NCBI GenBank assembly: GCA_965208835.1
Contig: OZ242358.1
Location: forward strand, 1,600,001 to 1,664,000
DNA length: 64,000 bases
DNA from: Candidatus Latescibacterota bacterium
GTDB taxonomy: Bacteria > Latescibacterota > UBA2968 > GCA-2709665
Direction of reading: 5' to 3'
Below the pieces are notes generated by a model that saw only the letters and a list, made by a program, of their open reading frames with translations, was not told the origin of the DNA and did no database searches. Positions 1-8,782 of the stretch are shown piece after piece; the first letter of the stretch is position 1, and each line of letters starts with the position of its first letter. The position numbers were made by a program, and so were the translations under genes.

Positions 1-999
1 CTCCTGCCCTATCTGTCGAGGCGGTGGCAGGCGTACGTCGGGCAGTCGGGGTTCACGATACCGTCGGTCTCGATTTACCCGAAACTCTACGCGCAGGCCG
101 CCCGGCGCGACGCCTGGCCGCCGAATGGCAGGAAGCCCGGAACAGACGCCGGGTTTGCCCGGGAACAGTTACTCGACAGATGGGGTATTGACTTTGCGGT
201 CCTCAACCCGCTCGTCGCGGTGTCGGCCGTGCGCAATATCGATCTTGCAAACGCGCTGCAGCGGGCCGTCAACGAATGGACCCGGGAGGCGTGGCTGGAT
301 GCCGACAGCAGGTGGCGCGGCTCAATCGTCGTGAACATCCAGGATGCGGACGCGGCCGCCGCCGAGATCGAGCGCGTAGCCGCCGACCGCCGCTTCGTGC
401 AGGTGTTGCTGCTCGTGCGTTCCTACGCACCCTACGGACGGCGCGAATTCCGGCCCATCTTTCGCGCCGCGGCCGCGGCCGACCTGCCCGTAGGCATTCA
501 TTTTGGCGGCGGCGGCAATCCCATTACGGCAAGCGGTTGGCCATCCTATTACATCGAGGACCACACGGGAATGTCGCAGGCCTTCGAGGCCCAGGTTATC
601 AGCCTGGTGTGCGAAGGCGTCTTCGAGGAACTGCCTTCGGCCAGGATAGCCCTCATTGAGGGGGGATTCGCCTGGTTGCCCGCGCTCATGTGGCGGCTTG
701 ACAAGAACTACCGCGGTCTTCGCGTCGAAGTGCCGTGGCTCAGGAAGCTGCCAAGCGAATACATCCGGGACCACTTCCGCGCGACGACGCAGCCCATGGA
801 GGAGCCTTCCAATCCCCGGCACCTGCTCGCCATTCTGGATATGATCGGATGCGAAGACTTTCTCATGTTCGCCACCGACTATCCGCACTGGGACTTCGAC
901 GCGCCCGACCGTGCACTGCCCCGGGTCATCAACGGCACCCTGAGGCAGCGCATTCTGGCCGATAACGCGGCGGCCTTCTATGGTCTCGAAGACAGTTGA
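1..999 (+). CDS. Amidohydrolase_2-family (TIM-barrel metallo) protein, 5'-truncated by window edge
   Basis: Frame open from base 1 ([10 protein letters not shown]...). Motifs [13 protein letters not shown] and [11 protein letters not shown]. Confidence 0.85.
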   Translation, partial: LLPYLSRRWQAYVGQSGFTIPSVSIYPKLYAQAARRDAWPPNGRKPGTDAGFAREQLLDRWGIDFAVLNPLVAVSAVRNIDLANALQRAVNEWTREAWLDADSRWRGSIVVNIQDADAAAAEIERVAADRRFVQVLLLVRSYAPYGRREFRPIFRAAAAADLPVGIHFGGGGNPITASGWPSYYIEDHTGMSQAFEAQVISLVCEGVFEELPSARIALIEGGFAWLPALMWRLDKNYRGLRVEVPWLRKLPSEYIRDHFRATTQPMEEPSNPRHLLAILDMIGCEDFLMFATDYPHWDFDAPDRALPRVINGTLRQRILADNAAAFYGLEDS

Positions 1000-1345
1000 C
1001 ATCGGATCGGTTGACGACTTCCAGCCTGGCCGGCCACGACGGGTTGACGCCGGAGGCCGTGCGCTTATGGTGGTGCGGCGGGGCGGCCGCTTTTTTGCAT
1101 TGCGCGATGTCTGTCCTCACCAGGGCGCGCCGCTGTCTGCCGGAAAGGTGGACGGTACGGCCCTGCCGTGTCGTCCCGGCGAGGAGATCTCCTACGGTCG
1201 TCTGGGCGAAATCCTTACGTGCCCCTGGCACGGATGGCAATTCGATCTGGCAACCGGCCGCGCACTGATTGAGCCCGAGCGATTCCGGGTGCGGGTCTAT
1301 CCCGTACAGGTCGCCGGCCGCCGCGTTATTGTTCAGATGGACTAG
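980..1345 (+). CDS. Rieske [2Fe-2S] ferredoxin
   Basis: CPHQGAPL...[10 protein letters not shown] Rieske motifs. Overlaps the upstream stop. Confidence 0.9.
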   Translation: MVSKTVDIGSVDDFQPGRPRRVDAGGRALMVVRRGGRFFALRDVCPHQGAPLSAGKVDGTALPCRPGEEISYGRLGEILTCPWHGWQFDLATGRALIEPERFRVRVYPVQVAGRRVIVQMD

Positions 1346-1422
1346 ACTTCCGCCCTCCCTTCCACGCGCCCGGGGTCTCGCCCGCATGAAATGGCCTTGG
1401 CATTCATCGCGACGGACACAAG

Positions 1423-1583
1423 TGTTCTGTCCCGGAAATTAGTTGCCTGAATTCGACCGCTGAGTCGCCCGGCTCGCAAGGCGCCGGAGCGCAGGCGACC
1501 TGCGTAAGGTCGGCGAGCGAGGGGAACGTAGCGAGACGGAATGAATCGGCGGTCGAATGGTGAGGAATTTTTGGGACAGGACA
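1423..1583. mobile_element. MITE-like element (family E)
   Basis: Terminal IR TGTTCTGTCCCGGAAATT / AATTTTTGGGACAGGACA, plus internal IR ATTCGACCGC...GCGGTCGAAT. Confidence 0.6.
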
Positions 1584-1588
1584 ATAGA

Positions 1589-2773
1589 TTGATCAAGATC
1601 AGCAATCCATTTTCCGAATGGAACCGGGACTTTCGGCTTCTGGGTGCGGCGGCGTTTTCAGTAGGCGTATTTTTCGGCGTCCAACTGACGTTGTACAACA
1701 ACTTTGCCGTGGATCGTCTGGGCATCGAGCCTCACGAACTCGGGTACGTGGAAGCCTTGCGGGAGACGTCGGGATTCCTGAACGCGTTTTTTGTCGCGCT
1801 GATGATGCGGCTGGCGCCGCCTGTCGTCGCTGGCGCCTCCCTGGTAGTGATGGGCGCGGGGCTTGCCGCATACGCGGACGTGCATACCGTATTCTCCCTC
1901 GCGGTATATTCGGCGCTGTGGGGCATCGGGTTCCACTGCTGGATCCCCATGGAGCAGTCCATGGCGCTGCGGTTTTCTCCCGACGGCAAGAAGGGGAAGT
2001 GGCTGGGGCAGTTGAGGAGCGTGCACGCCTTTGCGTGGCTGCTGACAATCGGGATCTGCAATCTGATCTTCCATTTAATCCGCTACGACTGGCTGTTCGT
2101 GGCCGCCGGAGCGATAACCGCGCTGGGTGGACTGGCGATCTTCTTTGCCAGCAGAAAACCCCCTGGCGTGAAGGAAAAGAGTTTCGTTTTCCACCGCCGC
2201 TACGGTCTGTATTATGCGTTGAATTTTCTGCAGGGCTGTCGGAAGCAGATGTTTATCACGTTTGCCATCTTCGCGCTGGTGAAAGTCCATGGCATGCCCG
2301 TGGAAACGACGATGGTGCTCGTACTGATCAATCAGACGCTGATTACGTTGACGGCCCCGCTGATGGGCCGGCTTGTCGACAGGCACGGAGAGCGCGCCGT
2401 ACTCAGCTGGAGCTACATCGGGCTGGCCTTCGTCTTTTTCGGGTATGGCGCGATTCAACACCGTCCGACGCTGTACGTGCTTTATTGTATCGATAACCTT
2501 ATTTTCTTCGGAGGTATTGCGCTTACGACGTACCTGCACAAGATTGCGCCTCAGGAGGATCTGAAACCCACCCTGTCCATGGGCGTCACAATGAATCATT
2601 TCGCCGCGGTGGCGGCGCCGTTGATCGGCGGCCTGGTCTGGCGTTACTTCGGCTACCAGGTGATTTTTTTCAGCGGTGCGGTTCTGGCTCTGATATCCCT
2701 TCTTGTGAGCCAGTGGGTGGATCCCGAGGGGATGCTGCGGCGGGAGCGCGAGGCGGTTGCATTGGCGGATTGA
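1589..2773 (+). CDS. MFS transporter
   Basis: About 12 hydrophobic segments and MFS motif GRLVDRHGER. The ORF-track start at 1541 lies inside the MITE, so the in-frame TTG at 1589 is preferred. Confidence 0.85.
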   Translation: MIKISNPFSEWNRDFRLLGAAAFSVGVFFGVQLTLYNNFAVDRLGIEPHELGYVEALRETSGFLNAFFVALMMRLAPPVVAGASLVVMGAGLAAYADVHTVFSLAVYSALWGIGFHCWIPMEQSMALRFSPDGKKGKWLGQLRSVHAFAWLLTIGICNLIFHLIRYDWLFVAAGAITALGGLAIFFASRKPPGVKEKSFVFHRRYGLYYALNFLQGCRKQMFITFAIFALVKVHGMPVETTMVLVLINQTLITLTAPLMGRLVDRHGERAVLSWSYIGLAFVFFGYGAIQHRPTLYVLYCIDNLIFFGGIALTTYLHKIAPQEDLKPTLSMGVTMNHFAAVAAPLIGGLVWRYFGYQVIFFSGAVLALISLLVSQWVDPEGMLRREREAVALAD

Positions 2774-2821
2774 CGCGCATGCCATTGCGCGGCCGCGAGG
2801 GAAACGACTCTTGATCGGTAT

Positions 2822-3787
2822 ATGGAGGACAGGATGAGATATCGGGAACTCGGAAAAACGGGGATTCAGGTCTCCGAGGTGGGGTTGGGTTGCTGGCCTA
2901 TCGGCGGGGCTTCATTCAGGGGCGGCAGTCCGACGGGCTGGTCCGGAGTGGACGTGAAGGCGTCGATCGAAACCGTCCGTACATCCTGGGCGCAGAATGT
3001 GACATTTTACGATACAGCGGACGCGTACGGTCGGGGGAAGAGCGAGGTCCTGGTGGGACTGGGTTTGTACGAAAACAAGAACGATGCCGTGATATGCACC
3101 AAAGTCGGGATGAGTCTCGCGGCGCCGGGCCAGGACTTTTCCGAACCTTATATCCTCGGTGCGCTGGACGCAAGCCTTACGCGTCTGGAGCGCGATTACG
3201 TCGATCTTTACCTGCTGCACGGTCCTCCCCTGGAAGGGATGACGGACGCGCTGTTCAGGCTGATGAAGAGCCTGAAGGATTCGGGGAAAATTCGTGCGTG
3301 GGGCGTGTCGATCAGCCCGGTCGAAACCTCCGACGTGGTCGTGGAAGAAGGGCTGCGCGCCATGGCGGGCGGCGCCGAGGCGATTCAACTTGTGTACAAC
3401 ATGCTTCAGCAGAAGGAGGGCGACGCCCTTTTCCCGGCGGCCATGGAAAAGGGGGTGGGGATGATCGCTCGGGTGCCGCTGGCATCGGGCTGGCTGACGG
3501 GAAAATACAATGAGAGTACCGCGTTCCCCGAAGACGACCTGCGAAGTCTCAGATACACGCGAGACAGGGTGAGAGAGACGGCAGCGCAGGTCGGAAAGCT
3601 GGATTTTCTGCTCGAGGAGGCCGATTCCATGGTCGACGCGGCGCTGCGGTTCGTGCTTTCGAATCCCGCGGTTTCCACGGTCATTCCGGGGGCCAAGACA
3701 CCCGCGCAACTTGAGGACGTCGTCAAGTCGGCTGGAAAGACGCTTTCCCGCGAGTCGCTGGACCGGATCCGGGAGATGTTTGGCTGA
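2822..3787 (+). CDS. Aldo/keto reductase
   Basis: LGKTGIQVSEVGLG, YDTADAYG, DLYLLH, PLASGWL and IPGAK motifs. Confidence 0.92.
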   Translation: MEDRMRYRELGKTGIQVSEVGLGCWPIGGASFRGGSPTGWSGVDVKASIETVRTSWAQNVTFYDTADAYGRGKSEVLVGLGLYENKNDAVICTKVGMSLAAPGQDFSEPYILGALDASLTRLERDYVDLYLLHGPPLEGMTDALFRLMKSLKDSGKIRAWGVSISPVETSDVVVEEGLRAMAGGAEAIQLVYNMLQQKEGDALFPAAMEKGVGMIARVPLASGWLTGKYNESTAFPEDDLRSLRYTRDRVRETAAQVGKLDFLLEEADSMVDAALRFVLSNPAVSTVIPGAKTPAQLEDVVKSAGKTLSRESLDRIREMFG

Positions 3788-3917
3788 ACGCAAGCAGTCG
3801 ACGAAAACCCGGGAACGGAAATCGACCTCGCACACTGTTCGCCGGTCGCGAACGCCGAGTCTGTACAGGGCGCGTGTAAAGCATCTTCAGGGAAATGACG
3901 GGATGGAGGATATTTGA

Positions 3918-4901
3918 ATGGTTGGGTTTGCGGTGGTCGGCCTGGGCATGGGGCGAAACAGGTGCCGGACAATAAGGGACACCGAGGGCGCTGAATTGAA
4001 AATTGTCGTGGACCTGGACGAGACCCGGCTCGGGCAGGCAGGTTCTGAATTCGGCGTGGAGGGCACAACGGACCTGGATGCGGCGCTGGATCGGGAGGAC
4101 GTGGATGCGGTGATGGTGATGACGCCCAGCGGGACCCACGCCGATCTGGGCATCCGGGCAGCGCGCGCTGGCAAACACGTGATTACCACGAAGCCCATGG
4201 ATGTGTCTACCGAAGCGTGCGACCGGTTGATTGCGGCGTGCGACGAGGCGAAAGTGCTTTGCGGTGTGGATTATCAGAGCCGGTACGTCGACAACAACTA
4301 TCGTGTGGCCGAGGCGCTTCGGCAGGGCTGGCTGGGAAAACCCATCCTGGGCGAAGTCAGATTCAAGTGGTTCAGAGCCCAGTCCTACTTCGAAGCGAGC
4401 GGCGGATGGCGCGGGACGTGGAAGATGGACGGCGGCGGGTCGCTGGCCAACCAGGGCGCGCACCTGCTGGATGTGCTGTGCTGGTTTATGGGAGACGCGG
4501 TTTCAGTCTATGGCGAGATGGCCATCATGAACCACGAAATCGAGACCGAGGATATCGGGTTGGCAATCGTGAATTTCGAGAGTGGCGCGAAGGGCACGGT
4601 TGCCGGGACGACGACGTTTCCCGCAAGTGCGTACTTCAGCGCAGAAGTCCACGGAACGCACGGCGGGGTGTTGATCGGCGACGTGCTCAGCGGCGAAATG
4701 CGAGTGTTCGGGGAGGGTCTGGAGGAGCGGCTGGCGGCGGTGGAGAACCCTCTCAAGAACATCATCCAGGACGTGGTCAGCGCGGTGGAGAGAAGAACGG
4801 CGTTGCGGGTGGATGGACGGGAGGGCCGGCGGACTGTTGCGTTACTGGAGTCCATCTACACGTCCGCGCGGACGGGCCGGCCGATAGACGTCGTTGCATG
4901 A
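3918..4901 (+). CDS. Gfo/Idh/MocA oxidoreductase
   Basis: VVGLGMG Rossmann fold, GKHVITTKP and DGGGSLANQGAH. Confidence 0.9.
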   Translation: MVGFAVVGLGMGRNRCRTIRDTEGAELKIVVDLDETRLGQAGSEFGVEGTTDLDAALDREDVDAVMVMTPSGTHADLGIRAARAGKHVITTKPMDVSTEACDRLIAACDEAKVLCGVDYQSRYVDNNYRVAEALRQGWLGKPILGEVRFKWFRAQSYFEASGGWRGTWKMDGGGSLANQGAHLLDVLCWFMGDAVSVYGEMAIMNHEIETEDIGLAIVNFESGAKGTVAGTTTFPASAYFSAEVHGTHGGVLIGDVLSGEMRVFGEGLEERLAAVENPLKNIIQDVVSAVERRTALRVDGREGRRTVALLESIYTSARTGRPIDVVA

Positions 4902-4980
4902 TTGGCGGCTCGCATGGTCGTTCTCGCAGGGGTCCGCGGCAGAAAATCGGCCACGGCAACGCGTGGCGGCGTCAGCCGGC

Positions 4981-5331
4981 TTACACCTGGCCGTGGTCGT
5001 GGTCCTCGTGGCGATCCGAGGCGAATTGCGCGGTCCTTGCCGTCAGTTGTCCGCGGGCGACGAGGCCCTTTTCGATTGCCAGCTCTTCAAGTGAAGCGAC
5101 CCATCGTGCGTAGTAATCCGATGGGTCGTTTTCTTTTTCTGCGGCGGCAATCCGGGAAGCCAGCGCCGCGCTGAACTCGCGCCATTCGTAGACGCCCTTC
5201 TCACAGAGCGCCACGGCAAGACCGAAGGCGCGGGCTTCCCACGGAGCTTCGAATACGAGTTCGCCGTTCTGGCGGGGGAGCGCGACCGTCGTTTCAGCGT
5301 CCGCGATCTTCCTGTCGATTCGACCCGTCAT
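4981..5331 (-). CDS. Nitrile hydratase accessory/activator protein
   Basis: PRQNGELVFEAPWEARAFGLAV, YYARW and His-rich tail HEDHDH. Lies directly after the alpha subunit. Confidence 0.88.
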   Translation of the reverse strand: MTGRIDRKIADAETTVALPRQNGELVFEAPWEARAFGLAVALCEKGVYEWREFSAALASRIAAAEKENDPSDYYARWVASLEELAIEKGLVARGQLTARTAQFASDRHEDHDHGQV

Positions 5332-5338
5332 ATCCGGC

Positions 5339-5947
5339 TCAGTTCGATGAGGTATCGATCCTGGCCACGCCGATCATCGCGTCGCGCGTGACCAGCCGGA
5401 CAAGCGCTTCTTCCGTGAAGTCTTCCGTGCCTTCGGGTCGTTCCGGCAGGACCATATACCGGAGATCCGAATTGCTGTCCCAGACGCGGATTTCGACGGA
5501 CTCCGGCAGATGCAGGTCGAATTCCCTGAGTACTGCCCGTGGTTCCCGGACGAGCCGCGACCGGTAGGCGAAGGATTTGTACCAGCCGGGAGGCAGACCG
5601 AGCACCGGCCATGGATAGCAGGAACAAAGGGTGCAGACGACGACGTTGTGGACCGTCGACGTGTTTTCAAGGACAACGATCTCCGCGCCTTCCCTGCCGG
5701 CGAAGCCCAGCTCCGCGATCGCCTCCGTGCCGTTCTCCAGCAGCCTTCGCTTGTAGCCGTTGTCCGTCCAGGCGCGGGCAACCACCCTGGCTCCGTTGAG
5801 CGGTCCCACGTCCTTCTCGTACTTTTCCACGACTTTGTCAATCGTGTCGGTCGTCAGCAACCCTTTTTCAACCAGCAGCGATTCCAGCGCCCGCGTGCGC
5901 AACGCCGCGTCGGACTCGCTCTGCACGGATTCTTGTCGTCTGTTCAT
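5339..5947 (-). CDS. nthA: Cobalt-type nitrile hydratase alpha subunit
   Basis: VCTLCSCY (Co-type signature), GARVVARAW and GLPPGWYKS. Start placed at MNRRQES (5947). Confidence 0.95.
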   Translation of the reverse strand: MNRRQESVQSESDAALRTRALESLLVEKGLLTTDTIDKVVEKYEKDVGPLNGARVVARAWTDNGYKRRLLENGTEAIAELGFAGREGAEIVVLENTSTVHNVVVCTLCSCYPWPVLGLPPGWYKSFAYRSRLVREPRAVLREFDLHLPESVEIRVWDSNSDLRYMVLPERPEGTEDFTEEALVRLVTRDAMIGVARIDTSSN

Positions 5948-5965
5948 GACGTCGGCCCCTCGTAA

Positions 5966-6162
5966 GCGGGTAGACGGGAGACGGTAGAATAAATAAGGGG
6001 AGACGGTAGAGGGGAGACGGTAGAAGAAGCCCTTGCCGATATGTTCCTCCGGCTCGCCTGCGGCCTGACAGGAAACCTTACACGGCATGCGATCTCTACC
6101 CTCTCCCGGCTTACGTCTCACCAGGTGGTGGGGTGTCGTGTGGTTCTCTACCCTCTAACCGC
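5966..6162 (-). repeat. Family A heptamer-flanked element, copy 1 (between NHase beta and alpha)
   Basis: GGTAGAC/GGGAGAC arrays, shared core in reverse orientation, and CTCTACC/CTCTCCC arrays. Confidence 0.75.
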
Positions 6163-6212
6163 ATTCAGGTTTTTTGTGGCCAATTTGACTGGTGTCTTTT
6201 TTCGGATTGACG

Positions 6213-6899
6213 TTAATCGCAATCTGACTGCACGGGCGCCAGATAGCCTTCCCACATGTCCAGATAGACCGCGTCTTGCGCTTCGGCCGACTCCCCCCAC
6301 AATTCCCGGGATTCGAAGCGTACGGCATACAGCGGCTGCTCCCGACGCACGCACCATCCGGGCAACTCGGCGTCCTGGAGGTCGTGGATTCCGTAAAAGC
6401 GAGCGATCGTACCTTTCTTTCCCCGGACGTACCGAGGAAGCCGTGTGTGGCCCTCGGGGTGGATGTTTCTCGCCCGTACCGGGTCGCCACTTCGAAATCG
6501 CGGCCGGACTTCCACGTGCGACGGTGTGGTCGAAACGGTTCGTTTGCCCGCGAGTTCCGCCCGGACGCGGTCGGGGTTGGGGGGGACCGGAGTCTCCGCC
6601 TCCGGTCTGTCCCGGAACAGCGCCATCCTCGTCTCCAACTCCTCGTCCGTCAGCGCTCCCGCATCGATCAGGCCCTTGATTCTGGCGTGCAGCCACTTTT
6701 CGTAGTAGGTGGATGACAGATAATGCGCAGGATCCATGTTCTCGATGTTGTTTCGCGAACCTCCCGGGACCGGCACGGGAACGGCAACGGCCATACCCAG
6801 CACGCGCCTCTCCCAATCGTGGTGGAACAGAGGTTCGTCTTCTTCACGTACAATCGGGCCGAATCCGTGCATTCCGCCCAGGTCATGGATGCCGTCCAT
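6213..6899 (-). CDS. nthB: Nitrile hydratase beta subunit
   Basis: MDGIHDLGGMHGFG, YYEKW, HTRLPRYVRGK and DMWEGYL. Confidence 0.95.
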   Translation of the reverse strand: MDGIHDLGGMHGFGPIVREEDEPLFHHDWERRVLGMAVAVPVPVPGGSRNNIENMDPAHYLSSTYYEKWLHARIKGLIDAGALTDEELETRMALFRDRPEAETPVPPNPDRVRAELAGKRTVSTTPSHVEVRPRFRSGDPVRARNIHPEGHTRLPRYVRGKKGTIARFYGIHDLQDAELPGWCVRREQPLYAVRFESRELWGESAEAQDAVYLDMWEGYLAPVQSDCD

Positions 6900-6986
6900 G
6901 GGTGTCTCCCTTGTCCCACAGATCTGTCTCGTCAGCGGCTTCACATATGGATTGCGCAATGGCAGACGCTTCAATCAGCCGCTTCG

Positions 6987-7685
6987 TCAGTCGTTTCCTT
7001 CGTAGACGGGTCTGCCGCGAACCAGAATTCGTTTGGGGTTCGGTACGTCCGCGAGTTCGTCCACGCTGTGGTATCCGATGGTCATGCTCATGCGCGTGCG
7101 ATCCGTGCGGTTCTCGCCGATACCGTGCATGAGCAGGCTGTCGAGTACCAGCATTCCTCCCGCCGGCATGGGAGCAACCAGCGCCTGATCCAGCAGCGAT
7201 CGGCTCCAGTCGTGCCCGTAGAGGCGCCCTTCGATGCCGGGAAAATGGTGAGAGCCGGGGACGAGGAGCGTGGCGCCGTTTTCCGTGTTCGTTTCCTGCA
7301 GGTAGAAGATCACTGTAAAGATCGTTCGGGACCACTGTCTAACGTCGCGGTGGAATCCCTCAGGCCCGGTTTCCACCGACGTGTTCAGCGTTGCATGGTT
7401 GTGCCGGTTCTTGACCAGTTCTATATTGGGCCCCATCAGATACTCCAGAGAATCCAGCACGATGGAACTGGATGCCGTCTCGAGGAAAATCGGATCTCTG
7501 TCAACGAGGCCCGAAATTCTGACCACGCGCCCCTCTGTGTTCCGCACCACGGGTTCGACCTCCGCCCGGATGTCTGCGAGCACGGCCTGCCGGAGTCTAT
7601 CGACGGTGTCTTCGTGAAGACGATCCGGCAGTTTCAGGAAGCCGTTGTGGCGAAACAGGTGTACCTGTTCCGGCGAGAGGGACAT
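6987..7685 (-). CDS. PhyH-family Fe(II)/2-oxoglutarate dioxygenase (canonical H-x-D)
   Basis: FHRD, ENGATLLVPGSH, distal His (LMHG) and 2OG-binding Arg (RTRMS). Start at MSLSPEQ. Confidence 0.88.
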   Translation of the reverse strand: MSLSPEQVHLFRHNGFLKLPDRLHEDTVDRLRQAVLADIRAEVEPVVRNTEGRVVRISGLVDRDPIFLETASSSIVLDSLEYLMGPNIELVKNRHNHATLNTSVETGPEGFHRDVRQWSRTIFTVIFYLQETNTENGATLLVPGSHHFPGIEGRLYGHDWSRSLLDQALVAPMPAGGMLVLDSLLMHGIGENRTDRTRMSMTIGYHSVDELADVPNPKRILVRGRPVYEGND

Positions 7686-7699
7686 GGTTGGTGGTTTCG

Positions 7700-8437
7700 T
7701 TAATGGTGTTGAGGGAAAGGGTGGGGGTGGCCGATGTAGATGCGTTCCCCGGCGGCGAGGATCTTCTCCGGGTCGTCCTTCATGACGTCGTGCGAGTCGT
7801 GCGCCTGGTAGGCCAGCGTCATGCTTCTGCGTGACGTGTCGGCGCCGTTGACGCCCGCGCCGTGGAAACAGCAATCGTTGAAGAGCAGCACGCCTCCTTC
7901 GGGCATCGGTACCGGCAGGGATTTATGGAAGAGGTCGCTCCCTTCGAATGCGCCTCCGGGACGCCGCTGGTGCCGGAAGGGCCGCCGGTGACTGCCGGGT
8001 ACGATGCGGATGCAGCCGTTCTCCAGGGTGGATTCTTCGAGATAGATGAGGGCTGTGACGAGCGTGGGATGGTAAGGCTCTTCGCCGCTGTGCCAGTAGA
8101 CGTGCTCCGATCCGGGCGGCCTTACCATGATGTGATTGTGTTTGTTGGTGAGCAGTTCGATATTGGGTCCGAGGATGGATTTCATCGGGCCCAGGATTAC
8201 GGGATGTGAGGCGGCCTCGAGGTACGTTCGGTCACGAGAGAGAATCTTCGAGAGCCGCCGCACGTCATCCGGCTCACGAGAGCCGGTCTTTTCCCACACG
8301 ACCGGCTCGATCATCCCGCTGATCTGCCGGTTGGTGACGGTATTCAGCCGTTCGACCAGGTCGGCCGGCAACAGTTCGGGAACTCGGTAGAAGCCGGTGT
8401 GGTTGAAATACCAGAGATCCTCTTCGCTCAGGGACAA
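7700..8437 (-). CDS. PhyH-family Fe(II)/2OG enzyme with H-S-G in place of H-x-D (halogenase-like)
   Basis: YWHSGEE, ENGCIRIVPGSH, FHGAGVN and RRSMT. Paralog of the downstream gene. Confidence 0.85.
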   Translation of the reverse strand: MSLSEEDLWYFNHTGFYRVPELLPADLVERLNTVTNRQISGMIEPVVWEKTGSREPDDVRRLSKILSRDRTYLEAASHPVILGPMKSILGPNIELLTNKHNHIMVRPPGSEHVYWHSGEEPYHPTLVTALIYLEESTLENGCIRIVPGSHRRPFRHQRRPGGAFEGSDLFHKSLPVPMPEGGVLLFNDCCFHGAGVNGADTSRRSMTLAYQAHDSHDVMKDDPEKILAAGERIYIGHPHPFPQHH

Positions 8438-8482
8438 GGCACTCTCCCGTCATGTGTGAATTGCGTCCCGGATCCGGCGGAT

Positions 8483-8511
8483 ATTTAAAACGGTCACAGA
8501 CGCCTTGTCAA
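8483..8511 (-). promoter_or_regulatory. Putative sigma70 promoter for the PhyH-NHase operon
   Basis: TTGACA-17 bp-TTAAAT on the minus strand. Confidence 0.5.
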
Positions 8512-8660
8512 GGGTATTCTGGCCGTCCGGACGGAGGATGAAGGAGCCCGTGGGCGAGAACCGGTACACACGAAGAACACTCTGGCGGGATCCGATGCAC
8601 ATCGTTTTTACTGTGGCGTGAAATCGAAAAAACATTATATTTAGGATGACATACGTTCGA

Positions 8661-8757
8661 TGCCCACACCCGGCGGGCGTCTCGACGTTTCAGCCTGTCA
8701 GGGTGGGCAGACGATCTGCGAGGGTCGGGCGGCCGTTCCCGAAGGGGCGGTTTTTTT
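8661..8757 (+). promoter_or_regulatory. Structured 5' leader ending in an intrinsic terminator (attenuator/riboswitch candidate)
   Basis: TGCCCAC...GTGGGCA hairpin, then CCGTTCCC-GAA-GGGGCGG-TTTTTTT about 25 nt before the ATG. Confidence 0.45.
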
Positions 8758-8782
8758 ACGTAGACGAAGAAGGGGTTGCTAC

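Noticed and set aside
5948-6121. N-terminal extension of NHase alpha in the ORF track (FYRLPST repeats)
   Set aside because: It is a translation of the family A heptamer repeats. The real start is most likely 5947.
5966-6162. Heptamer arrays as a CRISPR array
   Set aside because: No constant 23-47-nt repeats with unique spacers, and no cas genes.
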